This document shows positions 14,727 to 24,578 of a DNA stretch of 64,000 nucleotides, one piece after another; position 1 is the first letter of the stretch; each line of letters begins with the position of its first letter. This DNA comes from Escherichia coli (lineage in GTDB: Bacteria; Pseudomonadota; Gammaproteobacteria; Enterobacterales; Enterobacteriaceae). The notes below the pieces were generated by a model. The model was not told the origin of the DNA. It was given only the letters and a program-made list of their open reading frames with translations, and did not search any database. A program made the position numbers and the translations under genes. The DNA lies in assembly GCF_024502345.1 (NCBI RefSeq), contig NZ_JALDNN010000001.1. The stretch is one strand, 5' to 3'.

Positions 14727-16082
14727 TTACAGGATGCGGCTAATTAATCGGTCGATGCGGATACGGCGCAAACGGCGGATGAGTTTACGAACCTTCACCG
14801 GATAATCGGCAATACTTTGCAGATCGCGATAGTGCTTAACGATGGTGGTATGCTCGCGGATCAGCTCCAGTTCTTTCTCTCGCTGCGGCGCAAGCTCCAG
14901 TTGTGGATCGTGGATTAAAATGGCGTTTTCCAGATCCAGACGCCAGGCGCGCGGGTTCAGGTTATTACCGGTGATCAACATCCACTTATCATCAACCCAC
15001 ATCCCTTTTAGGTGATAGGTGTTGTCGTCATCTTTCCATAACCGAACCACTAGCTGGTCAGTATTGACGTAATACTGCAAACGGCTCAGGAAACGACGCA
15101 GATTGATCTCATAGAGATAAGGCAATGCGCCAATTATCTTGAAAGGTTCATCTTCCGGAATGTAGAAGTCGTTCGCGGTTTTATCACCAACAATAATTTC
15201 GACCTTTTTCCCTTCGCGCAGCAACTGGATAATATTGCGCACAAGGATTGCTGGCAGGTTGAAGTATGGCGTACAGATGGTTAGTTTCTGCTCGGCACAA
15301 GGCATAAGATGGAAAATGGTCTTGTTCAACAGACTCGATTTCCCCAGCCCCACTAGCGGCGTTACGGAAAGCTGATCGTTGTCGGCATCGCCCTGGAAAT
15401 GATAAGCGGCATCACGCAGCTCTTGGCGGAACAGACGAATATCGTTCTTGATTTCCGGGCTTTTTGGCCGATTAACATCATCCAGACGATTAACGCCGCG
15501 GCCATTCATAATATTCTGTGTAACCCATTCAAACATAATGTCTGACATCTTACGGTTACGGATAAGATGATAACGGTCGTAGCGATATTTATCGTGCTGA
15601 TGCAGGTAAACATCGTTCAGGCTGGCACCGCTATAAAGTACGCTATCGTCGATGATAAAGCCTTTAAAGTGCAGAACACCAAGGGCTTCACGGGTATTGA
15701 TTGGAACGCCATAAACCGGAACATCTACGCCCGGATTTTCCTGCGCCATGCGGCAGTACCAGTCAGCGTTAGTGTTAGATGCCGCAGCGCCAATGCGTCC
15801 ACGTTGTGCACGATGCCAGTCGACTAGCACCCGCACATCCAGTTCCGGACGCTGCCTTTTAGCTTCATACAACGCGTTCAGAATGCCTTTGCCACCGTCA
15901 TCCTGTTCGAGATACAGGGCGACAATGCAAATGCGCTGCTTCGCGCTGGCTATTTTTTCCAGCAGCGTCTCCCGGAAGTCGGCGGGAGCGTAAAAGAAAT
16001 CGACATCATCAACTGATTGAGAAATCTTGGGTAGTTGGGCAAGGTGTTGTTGATGTTTATTACGCTTAAATTTTGACAACAT
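14727..16082 (-). CDS. pssA: CDP-diacylglycerol–serine O-phosphatidyltransferase (phosphatidylserine synthase)
   Basis: 451-aa protein MLSKFKRNKHQQHLAQLPK... with two PLD-type HxK motifs; recognised as PssA. Confidence 0.92.
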   Translation of the reverse strand: MLSKFKRNKHQQHLAQLPKISQSVDDVDFFYAPADFRETLLEKIASAKQRICIVALYLEQDDGGKGILNALYEAKRQRPELDVRVLVDWHRAQRGRIGAAASNTNADWYCRMAQENPGVDVPVYGVPINTREALGVLHFKGFIIDDSVLYSGASLNDVYLHQHDKYRYDRYHLIRNRKMSDIMFEWVTQNIMNGRGVNRLDDVNRPKSPEIKNDIRLFRQELRDAAYHFQGDADNDQLSVTPLVGLGKSSLLNKTIFHLMPCAEQKLTICTPYFNLPAILVRNIIQLLREGKKVEIIVGDKTANDFYIPEDEPFKIIGALPYLYEINLRRFLSRLQYYVNTDQLVVRLWKDDDNTYHLKGMWVDDKWMLITGNNLNPRAWRLDLENAILIHDPQLELAPQREKELELIREHTTIVKHYRDLQSIADYPVKVRKLIRRLRRIRIDRLISRIL

Positions 16083-16195
16083 CACAGTGCATTTCTTCTC
16101 TGTTCATTGAAGGGTCCTCTGTGCAATGCAGACGACATAAGCGGGCAATAATAACACCAGTCCCGATTAAGTGGTCAACATTTCCAGTACCTTAC

Positions 16196-18856
16196 TCATG
16201 ATTCCTCGCGTTGGGCAAGATTTAGCGTAAGCCCAACGATCCCCTCTTCGAGCTGGATATCAACGTTAAACCCGAGCTTGCGGGCTAGCGCCACCATGCC
16301 ACGATTGTTTGGCATCGTAATACCATTCAGACGTTGTAGTCCGTGATCTCGCGTATAGGTAATCAACTTTTCCATTAAGCGTCGACCTAAGCCTAACCCT
16401 TTGAGATCCGAGCGAACCAGCACAGCAAATTCGGCATCGATGTTATCAGGATCGGAAATCGCACGCGTGACGCCGAGGATCTCTTCCGTTTGATCAATAC
16501 GTCGTACCGCTACAAACGCCATTTCCCGATCGTAGTCGATCTGTGTCATGTTGGCTAAATCTTCATGGGTAAATTCGTTGATCTCGCTAAAGTAGCGGTA
16601 ATAAAGATCTTCTTTGGTGACTCGCGAAATGAATTGCTGAAGTTGTGGCTCATCTTCTGGCAAAATCGGGCGGAACAAGCAGCGTTCACCGTTTTTCAAT
16701 TCTACCCATTCTTCCAGCTGATGCGGATAAGGGCGCACTGCCAGCCGACTCTCGTTATCGCCTTCAAACGGCGCGATATCCAGCGTGACATCCAGCGCGG
16801 TAAATTCACTGCCAGAAGCCAGCAAAGGATGAATATCCAGACGCTGAATTTCCGGGCAATCGACAATCAAGTTGGAAACCTGCACCAGAAGCTGGCTCAA
16901 GCCTGCAACATCCAATGGGCGTAGCGCACTGCGCGCACGAATCTTTTTACTTTTGATCCCCTGAATAACCAGATAGCGGGCCAGGTTCATGTTCAGCGGC
17001 GGCAGTGCGACGACGGCTTGATCTTCAGGACGCCACTCCACACCGCCTTCACCCAGCATGATCAACGGCCCAAAAACCGGATCGTGCTCAACCACAACCC
17101 GCAACTCCTGAGCGCCAGCACGGTTAGCCATACTTTGCACCAACAGGCCGTGGATCCGCGCCTGTGGCCAGGCCATTTTTACGCGATCGAAAATAGCGTT
17201 CGCCGCTTGCTGGACTTCATTGGCTGTACGCAGGTAAAGCATGACGCCCTGAACTTCCGATTTATGTGGAATATCCGGCGAACGTAATTTCAGCGCCACC
17301 GGATAACCAATCTGTTCGGCAATATGCACCGCTTCGGTGCTATCGCTGGCAATCCAGGTAGGGAGCGTGTTCATGCCATACGCTTGCAGGATGGGCTGAA
17401 CTTCATGGGTATCGAGCGACGTAGCCCCTTCGGCAATCGCCTGTTGCAACAGAAGATGCGCTTCTGCGGTATTGGAAGTCAGATTGCTGGGCAACGCCGG
17501 CGTTTCGCGTAGTTGCTTCTGATTACGCCGGTACTCCACCATATGCATAAAAGCAGTGATGGTTCCTTCCGGGGTACGGTAGGTCGGCAGCCCGGCTTCG
17601 CTGAATAAACGTCGTGCCTCTTGCGAGGAGTGCTCGCCGCACCAGTTCGTCAGCAAAGAGACATATTTGCTGCGGGGATGATGCTTTACCGCTTCAATTA
17701 ATACTTGCGCGCTTTCTGTTGCGGGAGCAGCGGCGCTGGGCGAATGAATAACCATCAGCGCATCAAAATCCTGGCTGTGGAGCAGAATGTCCAGCGTTTT
17801 GACATAATGCTCGCTGCTGGCGTCATCGCGCAGATCGAGCGGGTTAGAGACTGCCACATGTTCTGGCAATGCATCGCGCAATTTCTGGCAGGTTTCTTCG
17901 CTTAGCGTTGCCAGCTTGCCATTGCGTGACCATAAGGCATCCAGCGCCAGCGCGGCAGGCGCAGCACCGTTGCTGATAATCATCAACCGGTCGCCACGCA
18001 GCGGGCGCATATGGCTAAGGGTTTCCACCGCCGAAAACAGTTCGTGGGTATCCTGTACCCGCAACAAACCGGCACGCTGAATAGCCGCATCCCATGCCGG
18101 GTCCATTCCTGCCGTCGTGTTGAGCAGTCGCTGTGCCGCCGGGCTACGTCCGCTTTTAATCACCAGAATCGGTTTATTACGCGAGGCACTACGGGCTGCC
18201 GAAACAAAGCGTCGCGCGTCGCTTAACTGTTCGAGATAGAGCAGGATGGCGCTGGTTTTACTGTCGCGCGCCAGATAGTCGAGCAATTCATCAACGTCGA
18301 TATCCAGGCTGTCGCCGAGCGCAATAAAGTAGGAAAAGCCCATCTCACGCTGTTGCGCCCAGTCGAGGATGGTGTTGGAGACGGCTGCCGATTGTGAAAT
18401 AAACGCCAGCTTGCCGCGTTTAATCGGCACAGGCGAAAAGCTGGCATTCAGACCTTGCCAGGGAGCCAGTAAACCCAGACTGTTTGGTCCAAGCAGGCGC
18501 ATGTTATGGCGCAGGGCGCAGGCGCGGAGATCTTCGTGTTGCGATGCCGGGGCGGAAAGAATAATGCAGGTTTTACAGCCTTTCTCGCCGAGCTCTTCCA
18601 GAAGAGCAAGATTACGGCTGGCATTGGTACATAAAACCGCAAGGTCGGGTGTAAAGGGCAAGCTGGCAATATCCGGCCAGGCCAACACACCCAACACCGC
18701 TTTCCAGGCTGGCGTCACCGGGAGTACCGGTCCGTTAAAGCCTCCCGCCAGCAGGTTACGCATCATCAGGTAACCTGCGCGATTGGGTTTCATCGACGCG
18801 CCAATTACCGCTATCGATTTTGGTCGCAGTAGTGCTTCCAGTCCTCGCTGACTCAT
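16196..18856 (-). CDS. patZ: Protein lysine acetyltransferase (acyl-CoA synthetase (NDP-forming)-like + GNAT domain)
   Basis: 886-aa ORF MSQRGLEALLRPKSIAVIGASMKPNRAGY... with CoA-binding N-terminus and C-terminal GNAT domain; recognised as PatZ/YfiQ. Confidence 0.9.
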   Translation of the reverse strand: MSQRGLEALLRPKSIAVIGASMKPNRAGYLMMRNLLAGGFNGPVLPVTPAWKAVLGVLAWPDIASLPFTPDLAVLCTNASRNLALLEELGEKGCKTCIILSAPASQHEDLRACALRHNMRLLGPNSLGLLAPWQGLNASFSPVPIKRGKLAFISQSAAVSNTILDWAQQREMGFSYFIALGDSLDIDVDELLDYLARDSKTSAILLYLEQLSDARRFVSAARSASRNKPILVIKSGRSPAAQRLLNTTAGMDPAWDAAIQRAGLLRVQDTHELFSAVETLSHMRPLRGDRLMIISNGAAPAALALDALWSRNGKLATLSEETCQKLRDALPEHVAVSNPLDLRDDASSEHYVKTLDILLHSQDFDALMVIHSPSAAAPATESAQVLIEAVKHHPRSKYVSLLTNWCGEHSSQEARRLFSEAGLPTYRTPEGTITAFMHMVEYRRNQKQLRETPALPSNLTSNTAEAHLLLQQAIAEGATSLDTHEVQPILQAYGMNTLPTWIASDSTEAVHIAEQIGYPVALKLRSPDIPHKSEVQGVMLYLRTANEVQQAANAIFDRVKMAWPQARIHGLLVQSMANRAGAQELRVVVEHDPVFGPLIMLGEGGVEWRPEDQAVVALPPLNMNLARYLVIQGIKSKKIRARSALRPLDVAGLSQLLVQVSNLIVDCPEIQRLDIHPLLASGSEFTALDVTLDIAPFEGDNESRLAVRPYPHQLEEWVELKNGERCLFRPILPEDEPQLQQFISRVTKEDLYYRYFSEINEFTHEDLANMTQIDYDREMAFVAVRRIDQTEEILGVTRAISDPDNIDAEFAVLVRSDLKGLGLGRRLMEKLITYTRDHGLQRLNGITMPNNRGMVALARKLGFNVDIQLEEGIVGLTLNLAQREES

Positions 18857-18887
18857 ACCGGTCTCCCGCAGAAGTGACCGAATGATT

Positions 18888-19586
18888 TTAAACGCTTTCT
18901 AACTGTTCTGCTGTGATGCTACCCAGATGTTGCGTTTTTCCTGCCAGATAGCGTGTTTTAAAGCGGGTAAAATGCTCGCCTAACCCTGCTGCCGCCCCGG
19001 TATCGCCGGCCATATCTAACAGTGCGATGGCTACCTCGGCAGTACAATATTGGCCTGCAGCCTGGGCTTCACGCAGGCGATAGGCAGAAAGCCGGGAAAG
19101 ATCGACGGAAATGACGGGAAGATTATCCAGATACGGACTTTTACGAAACATCTTGCGAGCTTCCGGCCAGGTACCATCGAGCATGATAAACAGCGGTGGC
19201 TTACCGGCAGGTGGTGTGAAGATCACTTCCCGTTGCTCATCAGCATACGAGGCGGGAAAGACCACCATTGGCTGATAATCCGGGTTTTGTACCAGATCCA
19301 GCAAATCCTGCGAGGGTTCGGTACGCGACCATTGAAACGCAACGGTATCAGGCAAAATATCAGCAATCAGACGCCCGGTATTACTGGGCTTCATTGGCTC
19401 GGTGTCGAACATCAGCAAACAGAAGCGACTTTTTGCTTGTGCTGGGGTAATTGTCGAACAGAGACATAATTTCTCTGGCAAAAGACAGCGTTGGCAGCGA
19501 CGAACGCGATTACCGCGGGCAAGAAAAGGACGTGTTGCGCGCGCAATACGCTCGGCGCGTAACTGGAGAACAGCGTTTTCGGTCAT
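18888..19586 (-). CDS. tapT: tRNA-uridine aminocarboxypropyltransferase (DTW domain)
   Basis: Internal ATG at 19586 gives the 232-aa MTENAVLQLRAERIAR... protein with CxxC...CxC and DGTW motifs; recognised as YfiP/TapT. Confidence 0.85.
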   Translation of the reverse strand: MTENAVLQLRAERIARATRPFLARGNRVRRCQRCLLPEKLCLCSTITPAQAKSRFCLLMFDTEPMKPSNTGRLIADILPDTVAFQWSRTEPSQDLLDLVQNPDYQPMVVFPASYADEQREVIFTPPAGKPPLFIMLDGTWPEARKMFRKSPYLDNLPVISVDLSRLSAYRLREAQAAGQYCTAEVAIALLDMAGDTGAAAGLGEHFTRFKTRYLAGKTQHLGSITAEQLESV

Positions 19587-19654
19587 AAGAGAGCGTCGAA
19601 AAAACGCCATTGTCGCAGAGGAGAAAACGGGGCACAAGATGCGCCCCGGTAAGA

Positions 19655-20074
19655 TTAAAGAGATTCGTTCAGCCAGCTATCGAACGGCGCTTTCGGTACT
19701 GCGCCATTAAGCATGTCGACAACCTGACCGTTTTTGAAAATCATGATCGTCGGTATACTACGAATTCCAAAGCGACTGCTCAATTCACGTTCAGCTTCGG
19801 TATTCACTTTCACAAAGCGCACTTTACCGCTACGCTCTTGCGCGACATCTTCAAAAATTGGTGCGAAATTACGGCAGGGGCCGCACCACGGTGCCCAGAA
19901 GTCGATCACCACTGGTAGATCATCTTTCAGCAATTTGTCGAGCGTTTCACCGGTCGCATTAATCACCTCTCCGTCAAACAAGTCGTGACCGCAGCGTCCG
20001 CATTTTGCCGCATCTTCGATCCGATCGTCGGGAATGCGATTGATGGCCTGACAATGGGTACAAACGGTATTCAT
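19655..20074 (-). CDS. trxC: Thioredoxin 2 (N-terminal zinc-finger extension)
   Basis: 139-aa ORF with N-terminal CxxC...CxxC and the active site WCGPC. Confidence 0.92.
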
Positions 20075-20280
20075 AACTAACCTCGGGATGAGTAAGGAGA
20101 CTTATCGGCAACAACGCCGGTATGTTTCTAATATGTTACATATTATCGGGGACATTGTTCCAGACAACAATCTGTTTTATTCAATAGGTATGATAGTCGC
20201 AGGCTTTGGTACGAAATCATGGCGAACCGCGCGGACTTCGGGTAATCTGCGCGCTTCGCGCAGCGCTGGTGGAGAAAAGC

Positions 20281-21318
20281 ATGAACGATGAAATGAAAGG
20301 TAAAAGCGGCAAGGTCAAAGTGATGTATGTCCGCAGTGATGATGATTCTGATAAACGTACCCACAACCCGCGTACCGGGAAAGGGGGCGGGCGTCCAGGA
20401 AAATCTCGTGCTGACGGTGGCCGTCGCCCCGCCCGCGATGACAAACAGAGTCAGCCCCGTGACCGCAAGTGGGAAGATTCGCCGTGGCGCACGGTTTCCC
20501 GCGCGCCGGGTGATGAGACGCCGGAAAAGGCCGATCACGGTGGCATCAGTGGTAAAAGTTTTATTGATCCGGAAGTGTTGCGTCGTCAGCGTGCGGAAGA
20601 AACCCGCGTCTACGGCGAAAACGCCTGTCAGGCACTGTTCCAGAGCCGTCCGGAAGCGATTGTTCGCGCCTGGTTTATCCAGAGTGTAACGCCGCGTTTT
20701 AAAGAAGCCTTGCGCTGGATGGCAGCAAACCGCAAAGCGTACCATGTGGTAGATGAAGCGGAATTGACAAAAGCGTCAGGCACGGAACATCACGGTGGCG
20801 TTTGCTTCCTGATCAAAAAGCGTAATGGCACAACCGTGCAGCAGTGGGTAAGCCAGGCAGGCGCGCAGGATTGTGTTCTGGCACTGGAAAACGAATCTAA
20901 CCCGCATAACCTGGGTGGCATGATGCGCAGCTGCGCGCACTTTGGCGTGAAAGGTGTTGTGGTGCAGGATGCGGCACTGCTGGAGTCGGGTGCGGCTATC
21001 CGTACCGCAGAAGGCGGCGCAGAGCACGTTCAGCCGATTACTGGCGACAACATTGTTAACGTGCTGGATGATTTCCGTCAGGCGGGTTACACCGTAGTGA
21101 CAACTTCCAGCGAGCAGGGGAAACCGCTGTTCAAAACCAGCCTGCCAGCGAAAATGGTACTGGTGCTGGGTCAGGAATATGAAGGGTTACCGGATGCCGC
21201 ACGCGATCCGAACGATCTGCGCGTGAAGATTGACGGTACGGGCAACGTTGCCGGGCTGAATATCTCTGTTGCAACAGGCGTTTTGCTTGGTGAATGGTGG
21301 CGTCAGAATAAAGCCTGA
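20281..21318 (+). CDS. yfiF: SpoU/TrmH-family RNA 2'-O-methyltransferase with basic low-complexity N-terminal tail
   Basis: ATG at 20281 gives the 345-aa [14 protein letters not shown]... protein; first ~100 aa rich in K/R/G/D/P; C-terminal SPOUT methyltransferase domain. Confidence 0.85.
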
Positions 21319-21365
21319 TAAATCAGCCGGGTGGCAACTCTGCCATCCGGCATTTTCCCGCAAAT

Positions 21366-22055
21366 TTACTCACTCTCTGCCGGTAATACTGGCATCCAGT
21401 CAATCGGCGTCTCGCCATGTTGTTCCAGCCACTGATTTGCCAGCACAAAATGGTTGCAGCCAAAGAATCCACGATGCGCCGAAAGCGGCGACGGATGCGG
21501 TGCTTTCAGTACATGATGGCGTTGCTTATCTATAATCGCCCCTTTCTTTTGCGCATGCGATCCCCACAACAAAAACACCACGCCTTCGCGATGCTGGTTA
21601 ATCAGGCTGATCACTTTATCGGTGAAGGTTTCCCAGCCGAGGCTGGCGTGGGAATGCGCCTGACCTGCGCGTACCGTCAACACAGTATTGAGTAGCAGAA
21701 CGCCCTGACGCGCCCAGCTTTCAAGATAACCATGATTAGGGCGGGTGAAGCCCGGAATAGTATTTTCCAGCTCTTTATACATATTCAGCAGTGACGGAGG
21801 AGTGGCGATTCCGGGGCGAACGGAAAATGCCAGCCCATGCGCCTGTCCCGGTCCGTGATAAGGATCCTGGCCGAGAATCACCACTTTAACGTCACCCAAC
21901 TCGGTAAAGCGGAACGCGTTAAAGACATCTTTTTGTGGTGGATAGATAGTGATGCCGGACTGCCGCTCGCTGGCGACGGTCTGAAGGGTATTAAGAAAAT
22001 AGGGTTGCTGCTTCTCTTCAGCCAGCACGTCATGCCATGTTAATTCGTTAGCCAT
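21366..22055 (-). CDS. ung: Uracil-DNA glycosylase
   Basis: 229-aa [23 protein letters not shown]... with the GQDPYH catalytic motif. Confidence 0.95.
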   Translation of the reverse strand: MANELTWHDVLAEEKQQPYFLNTLQTVASERQSGITIYPPQKDVFNAFRFTELGDVKVVILGQDPYHGPGQAHGLAFSVRPGIATPPSLLNMYKELENTIPGFTRPNHGYLESWARQGVLLLNTVLTVRAGQAHSHASLGWETFTDKVISLINQHREGVVFLLWGSHAQKKGAIIDKQRHHVLKAPHPSPLSAHRGFFGCNHFVLANQWLEQHGETPIDWMPVLPAESE

Positions 22056-22185
22056 CTCGCTCTCCTGCGAATCTTCAATCCGCCTAGCTTAACTGCTTCT
22101 TTCTACAGAACAAAATCATGCTCATTTTTTAGACTTAAACGAGTGCAAAAAAATGTAAATTGGTAAAATTTCACACCCGCATAAG

Positions 22186-22199
22186 TTGATGTAAAACAA
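22186..22199. promoter_or_regulatory. FNR site II (upstream) of the grcA promoter
   Basis: TTGATgtaaAACAA, close to the FNR consensus TTGAT-N4-ATCAA; centred 53 bp upstream of site I, as expected for the two-site yfiD/grcA promoter. Confidence 0.6.
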
Positions 22200-22238
22200 T
22201 AAAATCCATTTGCGACCACAATCGATGTGTGATTTTTA

Positions 22239-22252
22239 TTGATTTAAATCAA
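22239..22252. promoter_or_regulatory. FNR site I of the grcA promoter
   Basis: TTGATttaaATCAA, a perfect match to the FNR/CRP-family consensus, about 110 bp upstream of the grcA start. Confidence 0.7.
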
Positions 22253-22359
22253 AGAATAAAGGGTGTTTGAGGAGTATATATACACTCAAGCAACAATGGT
22301 TTTACCAATTGGCCGCGACAGGCTGAACAAATCAAATAATTTTGCCGGGGAGGCATCAC

Positions 22360-22743
22360 ATGATTACAGGTATCCAGATTACTAAAGCCGCTAACGACGA
22401 TCTGCTGAACTCTTTCTGGCTGCTGGACAGCGAAAAAGGCGAAGCACGTTGCATCGTTGCGAAAGCAGGTTTTGCAGAAGACGAAGTGGTTGCAGTAAGC
22501 AAACTGGGTGACATTGAGTACCGTGAAGTTCCAGTAGAAGTGAAACCAGAAGTTCGCGTTGAAGGTGGTCAGCACCTGAACGTTAACGTTCTGCGTCGTG
22601 AAACTCTGGAAGATGCAGTTAAGCATCCGGAAAAATATCCGCAGCTGACCATCCGTGTATCCGGTTATGCAGTTCGCTTTAACTCTCTGACTCCGGAACA
22701 GCAGCGCGACGTTATCGCTCGTACCTTTACTGAAAGCCTGTAA
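22360..22743 (+). CDS. grcA: Autonomous glycyl-radical cofactor (stress-induced pyruvate formate-lyase spare part)
   Basis: ATG at 22360 gives the 127-aa [20 protein letters not shown]... protein with C-terminal glycyl-radical motif RVSGYAV. Confidence 0.93.
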
Positions 22744-22764
22744 GGCTTAAGTAGCAAGTTACTA

Positions 22765-22796
22765 AGCGGAAGAGGGCGACCTCTTCCGCTTTTTTT
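22765..22796. terminator. Rho-independent terminator between convergent grcA and eamB
   Basis: Hairpin AGCGGAAGAGG-GCGAC-CCTCTTCCGCT followed by TTTTTTT; A-run on the other side could serve eamB. Confidence 0.7.
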
Positions 22797-22798
22797 CA

Positions 22799-23386
22799 TT
22801 AATAAAAAATGCGTACCGCGCAATAGATCAGCAGCAGCGCCAGCACGATATTTAACTGGCGACCATACTGGCGAAACAATCGCTGAAACAGATGCCCCGC
22901 CAGCGCCCAGCACACATTACCAAACGTCCCAATCATTGCCAGCAAAACGCTGACGCCAACTATCCAGCTTAACGCCTGTGTTTGCGGCAGAACAAATGTC
23001 GACAGTGCCGTAACACCGTACAAAATGATTTTGACGTTCACAAACTGCAAAGCAAAGCTGGCCCAAAAACTGATTGGTTTTGTCTGAAGCCCGTCTTCCT
23101 TTGTTGGACTGGTAGCGATTTTCCACGCCAGCCAGACAATATATGCCGCCCCCGCCCAACTCAACAGATGCACAGCTGCCGGGTCGATAACAGCCAGTGA
23201 AAACGAAATGCCCGCACACAGCAACATGACGATTAAAAATCCCAGACTCATCCCTGCCAGCACGCGGGTACTTTGACGAAATCCATGCGACGTAGCAGAG
23301 CTAAGGGCGAGAATATTGTTCGGTCCTGGCGTCATAGCGGTAATCAGGGTGTAAGTCCAAAAAGCACTTAAAAGGGTCGGTGTCAC
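22799..23386 (-). CDS. eamB: Cysteine/O-acetylserine exporter (LysE/RhtB family)
   Basis: 195-aa polytopic membrane ORF MTPTLLSAFWTYTLITAMTPGPNN...; recognised as EamB/YfiK. Confidence 0.88.
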   Translation of the reverse strand: MTPTLLSAFWTYTLITAMTPGPNNILALSSATSHGFRQSTRVLAGMSLGFLIVMLLCAGISFSLAVIDPAAVHLLSWAGAAYIVWLAWKIATSPTKEDGLQTKPISFWASFALQFVNVKIILYGVTALSTFVLPQTQALSWIVGVSVLLAMIGTFGNVCWALAGHLFQRLFRQYGRQLNIVLALLLIYCAVRIFY

Positions 23387-23488
23387 TTGTTATCTCCTCT
23401 GTTTTGGTAGACAGTACCCGACACGGAACATTTAAAAAAATGAATGTTTTTATATTCTAGATTCGATATTTTCGATAGGTTTGGGGTT

Positions 23489-24370
23489 ATGGATCTGCGC
23501 CGTTTTATTACGCTTAAAACCGTGGTGGAAGAGGGTTCCTTTTTGCGAGCTTCGCAAAAATTGTGCTGTACACAATCGACGGTGACTTTTCATATTCAGC
23601 AGCTTGAGCAGGAGTTTTCAGTCCAGTTATTTGAGAAAATTGGCCGACGGATGTGCCTTACCCGCGAAGGAAAAAAGTTGCTGCCGCACATTTATGAACT
23701 TACCCGAGTGATGGATACGCTTCGTGAGGCTGCCAAAAAGGAGTCAGATCCGGACGGGGAACTACGCGTTGTTTCGGGCGAAACGTTGCTCTCTTACCGA
23801 ATGCCGCAGGTGTTGCAGCGTTTTCGGCAACGCGCACCAAAAGTGCGTTTATCGTTGCAGTCGCTGAACTGTTACGTGATCCGTGATGCGCTACTGAATG
23901 ATGAGGCCGATGTCGGCGTCTTTTATCGCGTAGGGAATGATGATGCCCTGAACCGACGAGAGTTGGGTGAACAATCGCTGGTGCTGGTGGCTTCACCGCA
24001 AATTGCAGATGTCGATTTTACTGAGCCGGGAAGACATAACGCCTGTAGCTTTATTATCAACGAACCGCAATGTGTCTTCCGGCAGATATTTGAGAGCACG
24101 CTGCGTCAGCGGCGGATCACGGTGGAAAACACCATTGAGCTGTTAAGCATTGAAAGTATCAAACGTTGTGTCGCGGCGAATATCGGTGTCAGTTACTTGC
24201 CCCGCTTTGCGGTGGAAAAAGAGCTTGAGAGCGGAGAATTAATTGAATTGCCTTTTGGCGAACAGTCGCAGACCATTACGGCCATGTGCGCACACCATGC
24301 TGGAAAAGCGGTTAGCCCGGCGATGCACACTTTTATTCAGTGTGTTGAAGAGAGTTTTGTGGCTGGATAA
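23489..24370 (+). CDS. yfiE: LysR-family transcriptional regulator
   Basis: ATG at 23489 gives the 293-aa MDLRRFITLKTVVEEGSFLRASQKL... protein with N-terminal HTH; divergent from eamB. Confidence 0.85.
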   Translation: MDLRRFITLKTVVEEGSFLRASQKLCCTQSTVTFHIQQLEQEFSVQLFEKIGRRMCLTREGKKLLPHIYELTRVMDTLREAAKKESDPDGELRVVSGETLLSYRMPQVLQRFRQRAPKVRLSLQSLNCYVIRDALLNDEADVGVFYRVGNDDALNRRELGEQSLVLVASPQIADVDFTEPGRHNACSFIINEPQCVFRQIFESTLRQRRITVENTIELLSIESIKRCVAANIGVSYLPRFAVEKELESGELIELPFGEQSQTITAMCAHHAGKAVSPAMHTFIQCVEESFVAG

Positions 24371-24428
24371 AAATAATGTCGGGATTAAACCCGGCATTTA
24401 ACTTGTCGACAAAGTGCGCTTTATTCAT

Positions 24429-24526
24429 GCCGGATGCGGCGTGAACGCCTTATCCGGCCTACAAGATCGTGCAAATTCAATATATTGCATGAGCCACGTA
24501 GGCCTGATAAGCGTAGCGCATCAGGC
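24429..24526. repeat. BIME: two inverted REP elements
   Basis: GCCGGATGCGGCGTGAACGCCTTATCCGGCCTAC and the inverted GTAGGCCTGATAAGCGTAGCGCATCAGGC, separated by a linker containing TGCAAATTCAATATATTGCA; a near-identical copy lies at 54596..54693. Confidence 0.85.
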
Positions 24527-24578
24527 AGTTTTGCGTTTGCCAGCACTTTTAATACCAGGCTTAAACCCGGCATTGAGA

